Part shown: one piece after another, positions 34,001 to 40,617 of the stretch | Layout: every line of letters begins with the position of its first letter | Numbering within the stretch: position 1 is the first letter of the stretch | Assembly (NCBI GenBank): GCA_964356415.1 | Contig: CAYHHK010000009.1 | Span: 1-54,543, forward strand | DNA from: an uncultured Flavobacteriales bacterium | Lineage (GTDB): Bacteria; Bacteroidota; Bacteroidia; AKYH767-A; 2013-40CM-41-45 | Reading direction: 5' to 3' | Length of the DNA: 54,543 nucleotides | Program-made: the position numbers and the translations under genes | The notes under the pieces: model-generated | The model's input: only the letters and a program-made list of their open reading frames with translations | What the model was told of the DNA's origin: nothing | Databases searched by the model: none

Positions 34001-37000
34001 AATTCGAAAATCCTGTTCCCTTGGTGGCGATGATGTACTCACCGTTCTCTGCTTTGATTGGTTTCCCGTCGGCGTCTTTCAGGAACATATCCTGGAGCCA
34101 GGTAGAGTGACGATTGAACATCGTCTTATCATATAGATTGGTAGTCAACGTGTTTGTGAATACTTCCTCTTTTGTTTTGACGTTTCTGGACTTATTCAGT
34201 CTGCGAAATTCCTGGGTTTGTGTGGAGATTAACCGGTTCCGGCTAAAAGTTTGAATCGTTTTGCCACGAACTCTGTGCGAATTACTTGCAACCTGATCAG
34301 TAAAACGTGAAGCAAACAAAGCCAGATCTCCGACAACCTTTTCTTTGGTGATTGGGTTGTTGTCTTCCAGGGTGCTTGCTGATCTGTTCTTTACGTTTTG
34401 GTTTAAGATGAAGAACAATCCGTTATTGTTGGTCAGCATGAAACTCAAACTCTGCGGTTGATTACCACGAATGAATCTGCCATCCATTAAGGCATCCAGG
34501 GTATTTGGCGAAAGTTCAATCCCAAACAGGTTTAAATATTCTGACACATCTTCCCTGCTCGGTAATTTCTTGTCTGTACCCTTATAGGCGTCCACCATGC
34601 GCTGATATGTTGCTTCGATGGCTACTCTGCCATCAGCAGAATAAACTGCGCTACCGGGGTTGTCAAGTGGTTCTATTACGAATTCTTTTGACATCAAATT
34701 GTCAGTCCAGTTGCTTTTCAGTGCAGCACCTTCGGCAAACGCATTGCTTGCAGTATCCCGAAGAACATACTTACCGGATTTATCAGTACTCCACATGATG
34801 AACCGAAGAGACATAAAGTGCCCGGTCATGGCATGAACAAACTGATTGCGCAATTGCGTGTCACCGCTTTCAAGCAACGCTACTACATCAGCAGCCCACG
34901 GGTGATGTACTGCCATTTCGTTTTTCAGGAAATCCCGCATGACGATATAATCCGAAGGCAATCCTTCAAGTACCTTTTGCAGTGTATTGAACACTTCATC
35001 AAAAGGTTTGAGTTCCTGGATTCCCAGATAGTTCAGTTTGGGTGAACCATCTTCTTTATACGCCTTGACGGTGGTAAGCATTCGCTTTACCAACACGCCG
35101 GCACTATCCTTTGCATCGTAGGAGAATTCACTGTATTCACTCCAATCATTTTGTTCAGTGCGTTGTGATTCTGCCTTCTCTTCCGAATCTTCAGAATTCA
35201 ATTCCGCAAGTTTCTGACGTTTCGTGGTCAGTTTGAAGTTGTGCGCTTCTTCTGATGGTTTGGAATCAAGATGCGCATTACCGAGTTTGCTTAATGATCC
35301 TTCAGTAAGCGTGACAAGTTGTGCCCAGTTGTCAAGTAATTCTTTATAAGTGGCAGCTTTCAATGTAAATTTATCCACTGAACCCCAATCCTCATTTTTA
35401 GTTGCAGCTTCAATATTGCGAAGCATCTTTGCATGAAGTTCAGTAAACTTTGCTTTGTATTCATCAAAGATTGCTGTAGCATTGATTGCTTTCTTTCCGC
35501 TTTTGAATAATCTGTTCAAGACTTCATTCATCATCATCCCGGTAACAGCCATCTGCTTACGTGCCCCTAATGCTTTAATCAGGTAGGTTCCAGTATTCTG
35601 GGCCATTTCCTGGCTATTCTGGTCAGTGTAATCAGGAATATCTTCCGTGATTGTCGCAGAATTATTGTCGGATCCGGCGTTAAATTCGCCTTCATCTTCG
35701 TATTCTATTTGGGTAGTAGCGGGTTCAGATGACTGTTCAGTTTCTTTGCCAACGACATTCACTTCCGTCAATGATTGCCCAGCAACGGGCTTTGCTGAAC
35801 TGGGAACAACAGTAGTTGCTGCTTCCGCAGGGTCTTCAAATGTGATAACTGGTTGCAGTGTGTATGACCAGACTTTCTTTTCTTCAGTACCCACGTTTGA
35901 CCCTACAACATTCGTTGTCGTCATCCTGGTTGCAAGTTCCCGGTATGGCATCATAGTCGGTTTATCCTCAAGAGTCATCAACACTACCGGAGTATTTTCA
36001 GAAACATGCGCAGTATTCATTGCAAAACGAACTCCTACGTGACTTTCGCTAACCAAGAAGCCTTCAGGTACAGAGGTAGTTACACCATTGGTAACTTTAT
36101 TAACCTTGACAAACAGTGCGTCAAGTGTTTTTTCATTATGCTCATCAGATGTATTGTGTGATGCAAATTTATGATCAAATCCCATACCTCGGGAGAATTC
36201 CAGATTACCATTCTTCATTACAACGACAGGAATATCACTTCCAATAGAGGCTCCACCACCATCTGTATTCAGATACCCAATTTTAGAAGCCTGTCCTAAT
36301 CCATTGGAACGCATCAACACATCGGAATTGCCGATGTTGTAATTGTTGATGAACATTTCCATGTACTGTGCAATACCTTTCTGGGTTAAGATATCGATCT
36401 TTGACTTTTCTCGTATGGCTTTTGCGAATCCGTTGATATCAGTCTTCGAAAGATAGCAGGCCATTGCTGCACGAATTGAATACGCGATAGTACGACCCAA
36501 TTTAGAATCTGCAAGTTTCGTGTTGGTGATTGCAATTGCAGCGTAGATGGGTTGTTTTGTTTCATCATTGAATCCAACAGGAACAACAACGTAACTCCAA
36601 CCATTTTTAATTTCGGTGTTCAACAATTGCCCATCAAAAAATTTATCCTGGCCACTACCCAGCGCAAGCCTGTCACCTTTACCTACGGCAAGAATTAAAT
36701 TCTCGTCTGGCATCAGATCGAATACTGATTTCTTTTCGCCACCAACGGTTTTGAAAAGGTATCCAATGGATTTTGATGTGACTTTGGTTTTAACCGTGTT
36801 GCCTTTGGATTTTTCTGCAAGGATATGACTGCGAAGATTTAAATTTTTCGCCCTGTCTTCTTTTACCTGATCTGTAGTGCCGGCAACATTCTCTGCTTTT
36901 ATCCAGCTTGACGCGTGAACTGCAGCTACTGCATTACCTTCCGGGCCAAGAATCTGTATGGGAACATTCTCTTTATACTCACGCAGTTGCGTGATGTCCT

Positions 37001-40000
37001 GTCCTTTGTAGGTATCGCGTAACCGATTTTTGTACTCTCCCCACTTGATAGTAACTTTACCATCAGTGCCAGGATCGTAAATATCTGCGGTATCGTCGTC
37101 CTTTACATTGAAGGAAATTTCAGTACCGGGTCTGAATTTGCTGATATCCATCAGTTCCCGGCTAATACTGTTACGCATTTCATTGGTATGCTCTTCACGT
37201 TTGAAGGAGAACCCTTCTTTGATTGTAGCGTAAGTACGTGCAAGGTAAGCCATGATGACAGAACCTTTCGAGACTCTTTTGTAGTCATAAGCTACGGTAC
37301 TGTTTTCGCTTTGGGGATCACCGGAATCCGCTGCTTCAATTACTGAACGCAAGTTTGCTTCCTGCTCAAGTAACGCGCCTTCATACTCTGGCCCCATTAC
37401 CTGACCATTGACGATGCCAGCAGCTAATCTTTCCTGGGTTTCAAGTTCCTGCTCTTCATCTTTGGTAGCAGTGAGAATTTCTGAATATTGTTTCCACCCA
37501 AGTTCCCCAAGCTGCTGCGAAGTTTCTTTAATCGCTGCACGATCTTTGTCGACAGTTTTCGCCAGGTAAGATGACTTGAATGACGGGAATAATTCCTGGG
37601 CTATTTCAACACCACGTTGTTCACCGTATTTGCTTTTATAATATGTTTCAGCCTGAATCATAATATCTGACAGCGAAACTGATCCATCACGTTTGATTAA
37701 ATGATCCATGATGGCAGACATCATTTTCCATGCAGCAAGCTGACGATCTTCTGCAGATGGTGGGACAGGTTGTGCAACAGTTTCACCTGGGTCAATGTCT
37801 TCGGTTATACCAGAGATTTCAGCAAACCCGTCAAACATCGTATTCAATTCTGCATCTGCTGCAAACATTGCGTGGATATCTCCGGCAGCTTCATCAGGTG
37901 TCACTGGTTCAACAACAGGATTAACAACTGGTGCCACTGGCGCCGCAGTCCCCGCTGGTGTTTGTGTCCCGGGAGTAGTTTGAGTGTTGACGGCTCTTGG
38001 TGCTGGTTGTCCAGTTTGTGCTGGTTGTGCAGCAGAAAATGGTGTGGATGCTTTAGTTACGGTAGATGCCGGAGTTGCTGTCGCTGCAGGTGTCGCTGTA
38101 TTATTCTTAGAATTCTTTTTGGCTTTGGTTGCAGCAGTACGTTGTGCTTTTTTATTTATAGTTCCGCTTTTAACACCTGCTAAACGAGTTTCAAGTTTAG
38201 TTTGTGCTTGCGAGATCATGCTTTTTAAATCTTCAAACGCTCTATAATCGTACCTTTCTTTATTCCCAAGTTTGGATAATTTTGCAATTTGTTTTTTAAT
38301 CGCAGATTCAGAAGTTGCTTTTTCTCCAGCTTCTAAAATTGTCTGCATTTGAAGTACTCCGTTTTGATACGCGTGACTGGATTTTTTACGCAATGTGTAC
38401 TTTAACTCGCTGGCTTGTTCACGAATTTCGTCAAAGTTTTGATTCGCCTGCAAGAACTCCTGGTATTCCTGTGACTGTTCAACCAAGTCTCCGGAAGTAT
38501 CTGGTAACCAGCTTAAAATTTCTTCAACCCGTGTTGATAAATCTTTCCACCCATAATGAACAGAGTTTTCAAGTTTACCCTTTTCCGCCATAATATCTTC
38601 GTGAAGTTCCACGAAAAGATTATTTACAGTTACCTTTTTGTCATCAGTGAGTAAACTACCTTCAAGCGTAGAATTCACAACGTCTGAAAGTTTAGAAACA
38701 GCTTGCTTCAGTTTAATAGACGACGGTTCCGCGTACTTTTTAATGATATGGATGGTTTCATCCAACAAGAACAACTCCTGGCTATTGGGTCTGCCAGAAT
38801 TGGCTACCCAGGCTTTCTTCATTCTCTGAACTTCTTTCGAAATTTCCCTGGCTTGCGCCGCTTTCTCACCACTTCCCGAACTCACATCTGCTAACAGGTT
38901 TTCAAAATTCTCGATGGTTCCTTTTTGCAAATTTTCTGCAATCAATGGAAGCAATGTCATGTGCTGTACCACTGTTTCCATATCGGAGTTACCTGAAGCA
39001 ACAGCTTCCTTCAGCATATCCTGGGACTGCTGATAAGAATCCATTTTATTCTCAAAGTAATCCTTGTTGATTTTAATCAAATCCTGTTGGGAATCGTAAG
39101 CTTCCTGTTCACGTTGTTTTGCTTTAGCTCCATATCCTTTACCAATAATTTTGGATACAACATGCTGCGGGTAACCTCCAAGTGCACCCATCAATCCTTC
39201 AGTCAATGCCTGTGGGGATGTCGCATATTTTGACATTCTGCCAAGTAAACTTTTACTATAGGTTCTGGGGTTAAGCAAATCAGATGATTCCCCTGATTGA
39301 GCAACACCATTTACCACGGGATGTTCAACTCCTGACCAACGCTGGCCCATAAATTCACCTTCATTCTGCATTACGTTTTGCGTGATTTCTTCTACACCCT
39401 CTTTACCAGCTTGAAGAAGAGCATTGTCTGCACTTAATTTTGTGAGATTCCTGCCAATTTTTTGAGCACCTTCGTAAAACCCTTTGGTTGGTTTTTCAAT
39501 CATCCCTGCCAACATATTCTTCCCGGAAAATACTCCGCGAACCTGGATCATGTCTGCCCACAGATTACTGGCATTTGCCAAACGAAAAGTAGTCGCGGCT
39601 TTCGCAGCATTGTCAGATACTTCCCGAAACCGCTTTTGTAAGGCTTCGTCTGCATCTTTGTTTATATCTTTAATCATACTCTGTAATTCTTCGGGAGTAT
39701 AATTATCAGCTACTTTCATTAACTCATCAACTCTTGCGCCAGCCTCCATCTTCATTTGCTCATCATAAGCTTTCAACTCCGGAGTCATTTCACGCATCAC
39801 GTTGTTGTACAATCCGTGAGCCATTGTACCGCCTTCTATGAAATTCATGGTAACACCGGCACCGACTTCTTTCGCTACTTGCTGGAACGCTGGACGCAAT
39901 GAATTAAAAGCCATTGCTCCTGCATTGCCTGTAAGCGCATTGATTCCTTTTCCTACAAGACCCGCTGCACCGGTCATCAAAGCCATTTGACCCATTACTC

Positions 40001-40607
40001 CACCAACGGATTCAAGCGTACCTTCTGCTGCTGTAAACATAAAGCCGGCACTAAACTCTGGCCCGCCATCAGAACCGGGTTTTTGACGTTGGGGTAAACC
40101 AGCATCAATATTTTCCCGCATTTTTCCCAATGCATTCATAGTAACTGTGCGAAGCCCGTTATTGTACGCCTCTTCTAACGCGCCTATTTTCAGTAGAGAG
40201 TTTACTTCATCATCACTTTTTGTTGCAAAATTTGGTACTATTTGCATCACACCTTCAGCAATAAAAATTGGTATTTTTAAGGCAAGCTGTCCAAACATGT
40301 TTCCAGTGCGATCCCACAATCCCTGCTTATCATACAATTCCTGTTGGTAGTCTTCTTCGGTTTTATCAGCAGACATTTTAATCCCATGCCCGGCTAAAAT
40401 TTCCGATTCCCAACTTCCACCAAACATTCCCGGTTTCCAATGGTCTGTGAAACTGCGTGTACCTTCACCGAGAGTTTGTACAAACTGATCACCGTTTGGC
40501 GCAACAGGTTGTGATGCTTGTCTTCTTGATACTTTAGGGTCTGCTTGAAAAGGGGCGGGGCCTGTTAAGCCGGTCATTGGGTCTATTTCCTGATATTCGT
40601 CAGCCAT
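25062..40607 (-). CDS. Giant multidomain protein (5181 aa): putative virion-packaged RNA polymerase-like core fused to polyvalent-protein-type domains
   Basis: This is an uninterrupted 15,546-nt ORF. Individual domains are listed as separate features. Its position after the tail and cargo genes parallels the ejected giant proteins of podoviruses and crAss-like phages. Confidence 0.9.
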   Translation of the reverse strand: MADEYQEIDPMTGLTGPAPFQADPKVSRRQASQPVAPNGDQFVQTLGEGTRSFTDHWKPGMFGGSWESEILAGHGIKMSADKTEEDYQQELYDKQGLWDRTGNMFGQLALKIPIFIAEGVMQIVPNFATKSDDEVNSLLKIGALEEAYNNGLRTVTMNALGKMRENIDAGLPQRQKPGSDGGPEFSAGFMFTAAEGTLESVGGVMGQMALMTGAAGLVGKGINALTGNAGAMAFNSLRPAFQQVAKEVGAGVTMNFIEGGTMAHGLYNNVMREMTPELKAYDEQMKMEAGARVDELMKVADNYTPEELQSMIKDINKDADEALQKRFREVSDNAAKAATTFRLANASNLWADMIQVRGVFSGKNMLAGMIEKPTKGFYEGAQKIGRNLTKLSADNALLQAGKEGVEEITQNVMQNEGEFMGQRWSGVEHPVVNGVAQSGESSDLLNPRTYSKSLLGRMSKYATSPQALTEGLMGALGGYPQHVVSKIIGKGYGAKAKQREQEAYDSQQDLIKINKDYFENKMDSYQQSQDMLKEAVASGNSDMETVVQHMTLLPLIAENLQKGTIENFENLLADVSSGSGEKAAQAREISKEVQRMKKAWVANSGRPNSQELFLLDETIHIIKKYAEPSSIKLKQAVSKLSDVVNSTLEGSLLTDDKKVTVNNLFVELHEDIMAEKGKLENSVHYGWKDLSTRVEEILSWLPDTSGDLVEQSQEYQEFLQANQNFDEIREQASELKYTLRKKSSHAYQNGVLQMQTILEAGEKATSESAIKKQIAKLSKLGNKERYDYRAFEDLKSMISQAQTKLETRLAGVKSGTINKKAQRTAATKAKKNSKNNTATPAATATPASTVTKASTPFSAAQPAQTGQPAPRAVNTQTTPGTQTPAGTAAPVAPVVNPVVEPVTPDEAAGDIHAMFAADAELNTMFDGFAEISGITEDIDPGETVAQPVPPSAEDRQLAAWKMMSAIMDHLIKRDGSVSLSDIMIQAETYYKSKYGEQRGVEIAQELFPSFKSSYLAKTVDKDRAAIKETSQQLGELGWKQYSEILTATKDEEQELETQERLAAGIVNGQVMGPEYEGALLEQEANLRSVIEAADSGDPQSENSTVAYDYKRVSKGSVIMAYLARTYATIKEGFSFKREEHTNEMRNSISRELMDISKFRPGTEISFNVKDDDTADIYDPGTDGKVTIKWGEYKNRLRDTYKGQDITQLREYKENVPIQILGPEGNAVAAVHASSWIKAENVAGTTDQVKEDRAKNLNLRSHILAEKSKGNTVKTKVTSKSIGYLFKTVGGEKKSVFDLMPDENLILAVGKGDRLALGSGQDKFFDGQLLNTEIKNGWSYVVVPVGFNDETKQPIYAAIAITNTKLADSKLGRTIAYSIRAAMACYLSKTDINGFAKAIREKSKIDILTQKGIAQYMEMFINNYNIGNSDVLMRSNGLGQASKIGYLNTDGGGASIGSDIPVVVMKNGNLEFSRGMGFDHKFASHNTSDEHNEKTLDALFVKVNKVTNGVTTSVPEGFLVSESHVGVRFAMNTAHVSENTPVVLMTLEDKPTMMPYRELATRMTTTNVVGSNVGTEEKKVWSYTLQPVITFEDPAEAATTVVPSSAKPVAGQSLTEVNVVGKETEQSSEPATTQIEYEDEGEFNAGSDNNSATITEDIPDYTDQNSQEMAQNTGTYLIKALGARKQMAVTGMMMNEVLNRLFKSGKKAINATAIFDEYKAKFTELHAKMLRNIEAATKNEDWGSVDKFTLKAATYKELLDNWAQLVTLTEGSLSKLGNAHLDSKPSEEAHNFKLTTKRQKLAELNSEDSEEKAESQRTEQNDWSEYSEFSYDAKDSAGVLVKRMLTTVKAYKEDGSPKLNYLGIQELKPFDEVFNTLQKVLEGLPSDYIVMRDFLKNEMAVHHPWAADVVALLESGDTQLRNQFVHAMTGHFMSLRFIMWSTDKSGKYVLRDTASNAFAEGAALKSNWTDNLMSKEFVIEPLDNPGSAVYSADGRVAIEATYQRMVDAYKGTDKKLPSREDVSEYLNLFGIELSPNTLDALMDGRFIRGNQPQSLSFMLTNNNGLFFILNQNVKNRSASTLEDNNPITKEKVVGDLALFASRFTDQVASNSHRVRGKTIQTFSRNRLISTQTQEFRRLNKSRNVKTKEEVFTNTLTTNLYDKTMFNRHSTWLQDMFLKDADGKPIKAENGEYIIATKGTGFSNFYYWVNSIEPVKNIDMPNKKDNDLPTLPEADIEFIKIAYLQSPSADQSGNNNRVIRLFFPTTSDKKTVVGLQVPAFMFDVTPEGALTENALENLYKVMVLPEIERIVQYQAALKAGHANQTYNIDGYAAMASKFHFIPELNNMNELFTEDGMLSDEAQSTEMKTKIKEVLARHINTLVDQKSAEWDTFGIGKSDKKTKNAFIDKEFLEDNKTVASVEESKKIRMAAQDMVVQYLVGNANAYMMYIGDPATYAKVKGGRTATEHAVIKRLIESKRFDAVEIAQMTSEELYRQHFTPTDRITEMQDLFTNVGKRLAADIAPRNEIADSQKETYTQAIVEDYSVDSSQLAAYKARLSPGLAKKYAGITSTDGQEFVSWQEALHIMRKQGKLSDAEFASATRILTEQERQLDKQGFVNENAEDLSAELQHIIFQPSKPVSAGNIFSNGIYKRFYIKSSATALLPKLVQGLELDNLRIAMKNQGVQRVAFMSAIKVGGPRNPTTIFNANGSIKNPKEIDFSGTVMTLPRKYFGIQQEVPYHALEHEINRVTQASKNLFVNLLRVKGFKIPGQTKEYTGEELENEYFKYYDELFKLHQREFLAEILDADGQPDVNKIKTIIQDEAEMRGYPLPELEMLGLNEYIDTIAFSPSADKFESLLNSIVDNRIRKSKMFGDSWVTTTDAGYTTKIIASDTTDGAAELAKITGIIHTQNYKGGVLQPQRQDPATGKILPAQILVSWNFHDKEGNLLDVKNFMSNGKIDPAKLPSDILTALMMRIPNQGLNSHVWAEIVGFLPNQSGNTIIGPSDLVTQTGMDFDIDKLYAYMYNRTHNFDSETGQHSFTRSTKPGKETLQNNIMDVHMAIMQNSDPAVQNQVANPLGEWILVDKAGQFQTLRGARGTEPGTVAEVPFFSGLSDSYQRTKFLNAVAGKDGISVFSLDNVFNALAQRVDGLRVIVDPKETIDKLRYLHTSFGSVSSKGFLNRERTLGASEHADGEYYISDVIAGYQSASVDNEKLQILGLLHINQYTFKTVKLMNQLGFGEETLNFIQQDILIDYVKRLAQLSSTVSGFTPDKVGQAMRDLIEDPKSKYYNKEYVEADFLQRTLMLQGKAEGELSNTRMIDMITNGEASADYVLTQIAILEKFQMLDEYGKQLQHVQVAVNVDSKGMGKSIIESILKQEKAESLFGSTTVENAGKLLGTAYNLAIQEQRDAYNALTPDEQNSFVDLSEVDEMNTTGIRFKPETLNGQAIAYALTTNNRLWSDLFPYKHPAIQQIFTEFSRVIGIDNESTTAELEQRTELWNSMKSYLFASSSMHLFTDDAGAERRRLFFRYSSNGAPIVSNVNLTPEQKAMVANGNSIEVWKNKQGTDWIGLKVEGASGVFVVDGKIFNITRKEQQMSENGVAEDRFTITPAPDVYLHKPLGQLVMALKKTEYGKNNPFISMLEVKDGNQGYPTMIKTQAAPKDAAFSNDTFNAFTDMILNPVDLGVEFNGVAYDTRRLAQELIAGIYLSGGIQEAVQFVKYIPQSYLMSMGFLSNLNSLFQNKSTIDSLGIFKMPAEGSKYWEVSQFVTQYIQHNATDVKFKLSDHDVSRTEKDSYGNSVKRSNLYDVDNANPMLMTRFKLSVQALKDHKVSETVYPIFVTLYNPQGVKGNKALLFKYNGEEYVRLETLGAFGMKEYNSALPATVPAVSNIAQNKVGMTYSTAPAKTTFEAPKVNPSAEKIPISKEEYLAEAGFVNSIDGNAQLIKIVQEIATSSSDASLKALAIKILPNLSSLKPGLKLEIVKDYRSSGSYHSDNHQMVINTTKLGETKSVRDVQKTLLHEVIHALTKTSIVNYMAFLESKAPGKTLEQFNLTETQATAVQGIINVMNQARNVISNDAELSKAFAKFAQTLNEYSVIKETDTQAAKELIAQMDPESVKKFYGIQNIQEFATMVLTDPTFREFLNTITIPGTTTTLWEKVKEAFTDLMESFGMNIRHNSALAEGLTHSINLFGTYSVNNDDAVHVWHSSGKNANLSNLAIRPFFGKDGKKYFSVEHYYQTWKSGAFDETTYKGDWSKAGTKISGKTVNKADGYNIKMMKEAMRMSFEANSSAIEELLETGDKKITHGGNDAFWSREFSRILMELRSEFAQKKVAPSNEIAHHMPMNFTDGTGGRKMRPEFAGASTMDLILSGDRTATSRSRQAQKDVRVGELIKFEDQYGRVAMVRATSDSYPVENVTAEEWSKLEGWDAEGYNRIKGDGYTQFQFELVGNPIKTIKPFAAEKAKKDIYPKGSVVTYQGKPYVVSGRSDVNGDYFLMSLDNNSEKKDWVKGSDLSFANDHQSTVVDYRGSSYTVVASRENGIKIFSSKTDRLMAWDENNGDRKAILAIASAELGPMTHEGIKNLDNPIANSFEFADGIKIDTENIALNPEQKVALQAMADFYTNHKQVGFSLTGYAGTGKSTIVKFLLQYVKLYEAKRGVPSIILAAPTHRAAKVLRRMIRRAKGIGFMAGKDVNTVASLLSKQLVDKQWISGGSKKFVSGSLIIVDEGSMVNTEDADTIIRTAAQKGCQVIFMGDPAQIPPPGKFDNSLSSALSQSQSANLTKIERQTDGNPILEIATTIRQNLLKIADQFAHTTTINSKGEGVEFLNTQVKFIDRIRELFTSKEYAENKSYAKIIAYTNRAVQDYNSQVRAMLLEDKGRIPYQVGETIMGYDQVTDQSQISNGQDYQVVESTFETERPVKVAGQVFKAVGYSLRMIETDMEAGDNVEEFRVFIPTTSPGVNTELFKAIHELSLKAYDKKVDWRLRESFKNTLDDTLRVLQLPESIYGYKNEVKPMSAWRVSNAELFKADANGETEFDRLIFSGAATETKKNIDYGYAVTSHKAQGSEFQYALVDWKDMESKNNLKMKKWKGADWSYERQNLKYTAISRARKVAILYSGGARVTEENSYMSSGMENGPNDVAVDWSDADIEKAGWVPEGGPTVQYDISDSAVEELMKHCKR
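25260..26800 (-). other. RecD/Dda-like SF1 helicase domain (C-terminus of the giant protein)
   Basis: Motifs seen are LNPEQKVALQ, Walker A GYAGTGKST, AAPTHRAAKVL, IIVDEGSMV, IFMGDPAQIPP, YAVTSHKAQGSEF and YTAISRARK. Confidence 0.85.
27265..27560 (-). other. ASCH/PUA-like beta-barrel domain (tentative)
   Basis: RPEFAGASTMDLILSGDRTATSRS...VGELIKFEDQYGRVAMVRATSD...EEWSKLEGW resembles the ASCH pattern (il.G.KT.E.R...... Gd.i.f). Confidence 0.35.
27625..28015 (-). other. NADAR (DUF1768/YbiA-like) domain
   Basis: VHVWHSSGKNANLSNLAIRPFFGKDGKKYFSVEHYYQTWK...LLETGDKKITHGGNDAFWS...SRILMELRSEF matches the NADAR pattern (fSNf...pF..dG..y.svEhyfQa.K ... Ll.Tg...l.E....D.yWG ... LmevR). Confidence 0.6.
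28400..28700 (-). other. Zincin-type metallopeptidase motif region (HExxH)
   Basis: The sequence is SYHSDNHQMVINTTKLGETKSVRDVQKTLLHEVIHALTK, with HEVIH at nt 28536-28550. It resembles the metallopeptidase modules of phage polyvalent proteins. Confidence 0.5.
31560..31697 (-). other. RNA polymerase beta-prime-like double-psi beta-barrel segment with a DxDxD metal motif
   Basis: MMRIPNQGLNSHVWAEIVGFLPNQSGNTIIGPSDLVTQTGMDFDIDKLYAYM aligns by eye with bacterial beta-prime [47 protein letters not shown]. The R-x-P to DFDxD spacing is 39 versus 35 residues. Confidence 0.45.
37885..38155 (-). other. Low-complexity Thr/Ala/Pro/Gln/Val-rich linker in the giant protein
   Basis: The tract is KKAQRTAATKAKKNSKNNTATPAATATPASTVTKASTPFSAAQPAQTGQPAPRAVNTQTTPGTQTPAGTAAPVAPVVNPVVEPVTPDE. 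It is locally GC-rich and produces several spurious antisense ORFs. Confidence 0.8.
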
Positions 40608-40617
40608 GTAAAATTAT

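Noticed and set aside
37701-38247. A cluster of plus-strand ORFs (for example 160 aa at 37701..38183) lies opposite the giant gene.
   Set aside because: They are antisense to the low-complexity T/A/P linker. Their Cys/Arg/Trp-rich translations are typical artefacts of reading a GC-rich repetitive coding region on the wrong strand.
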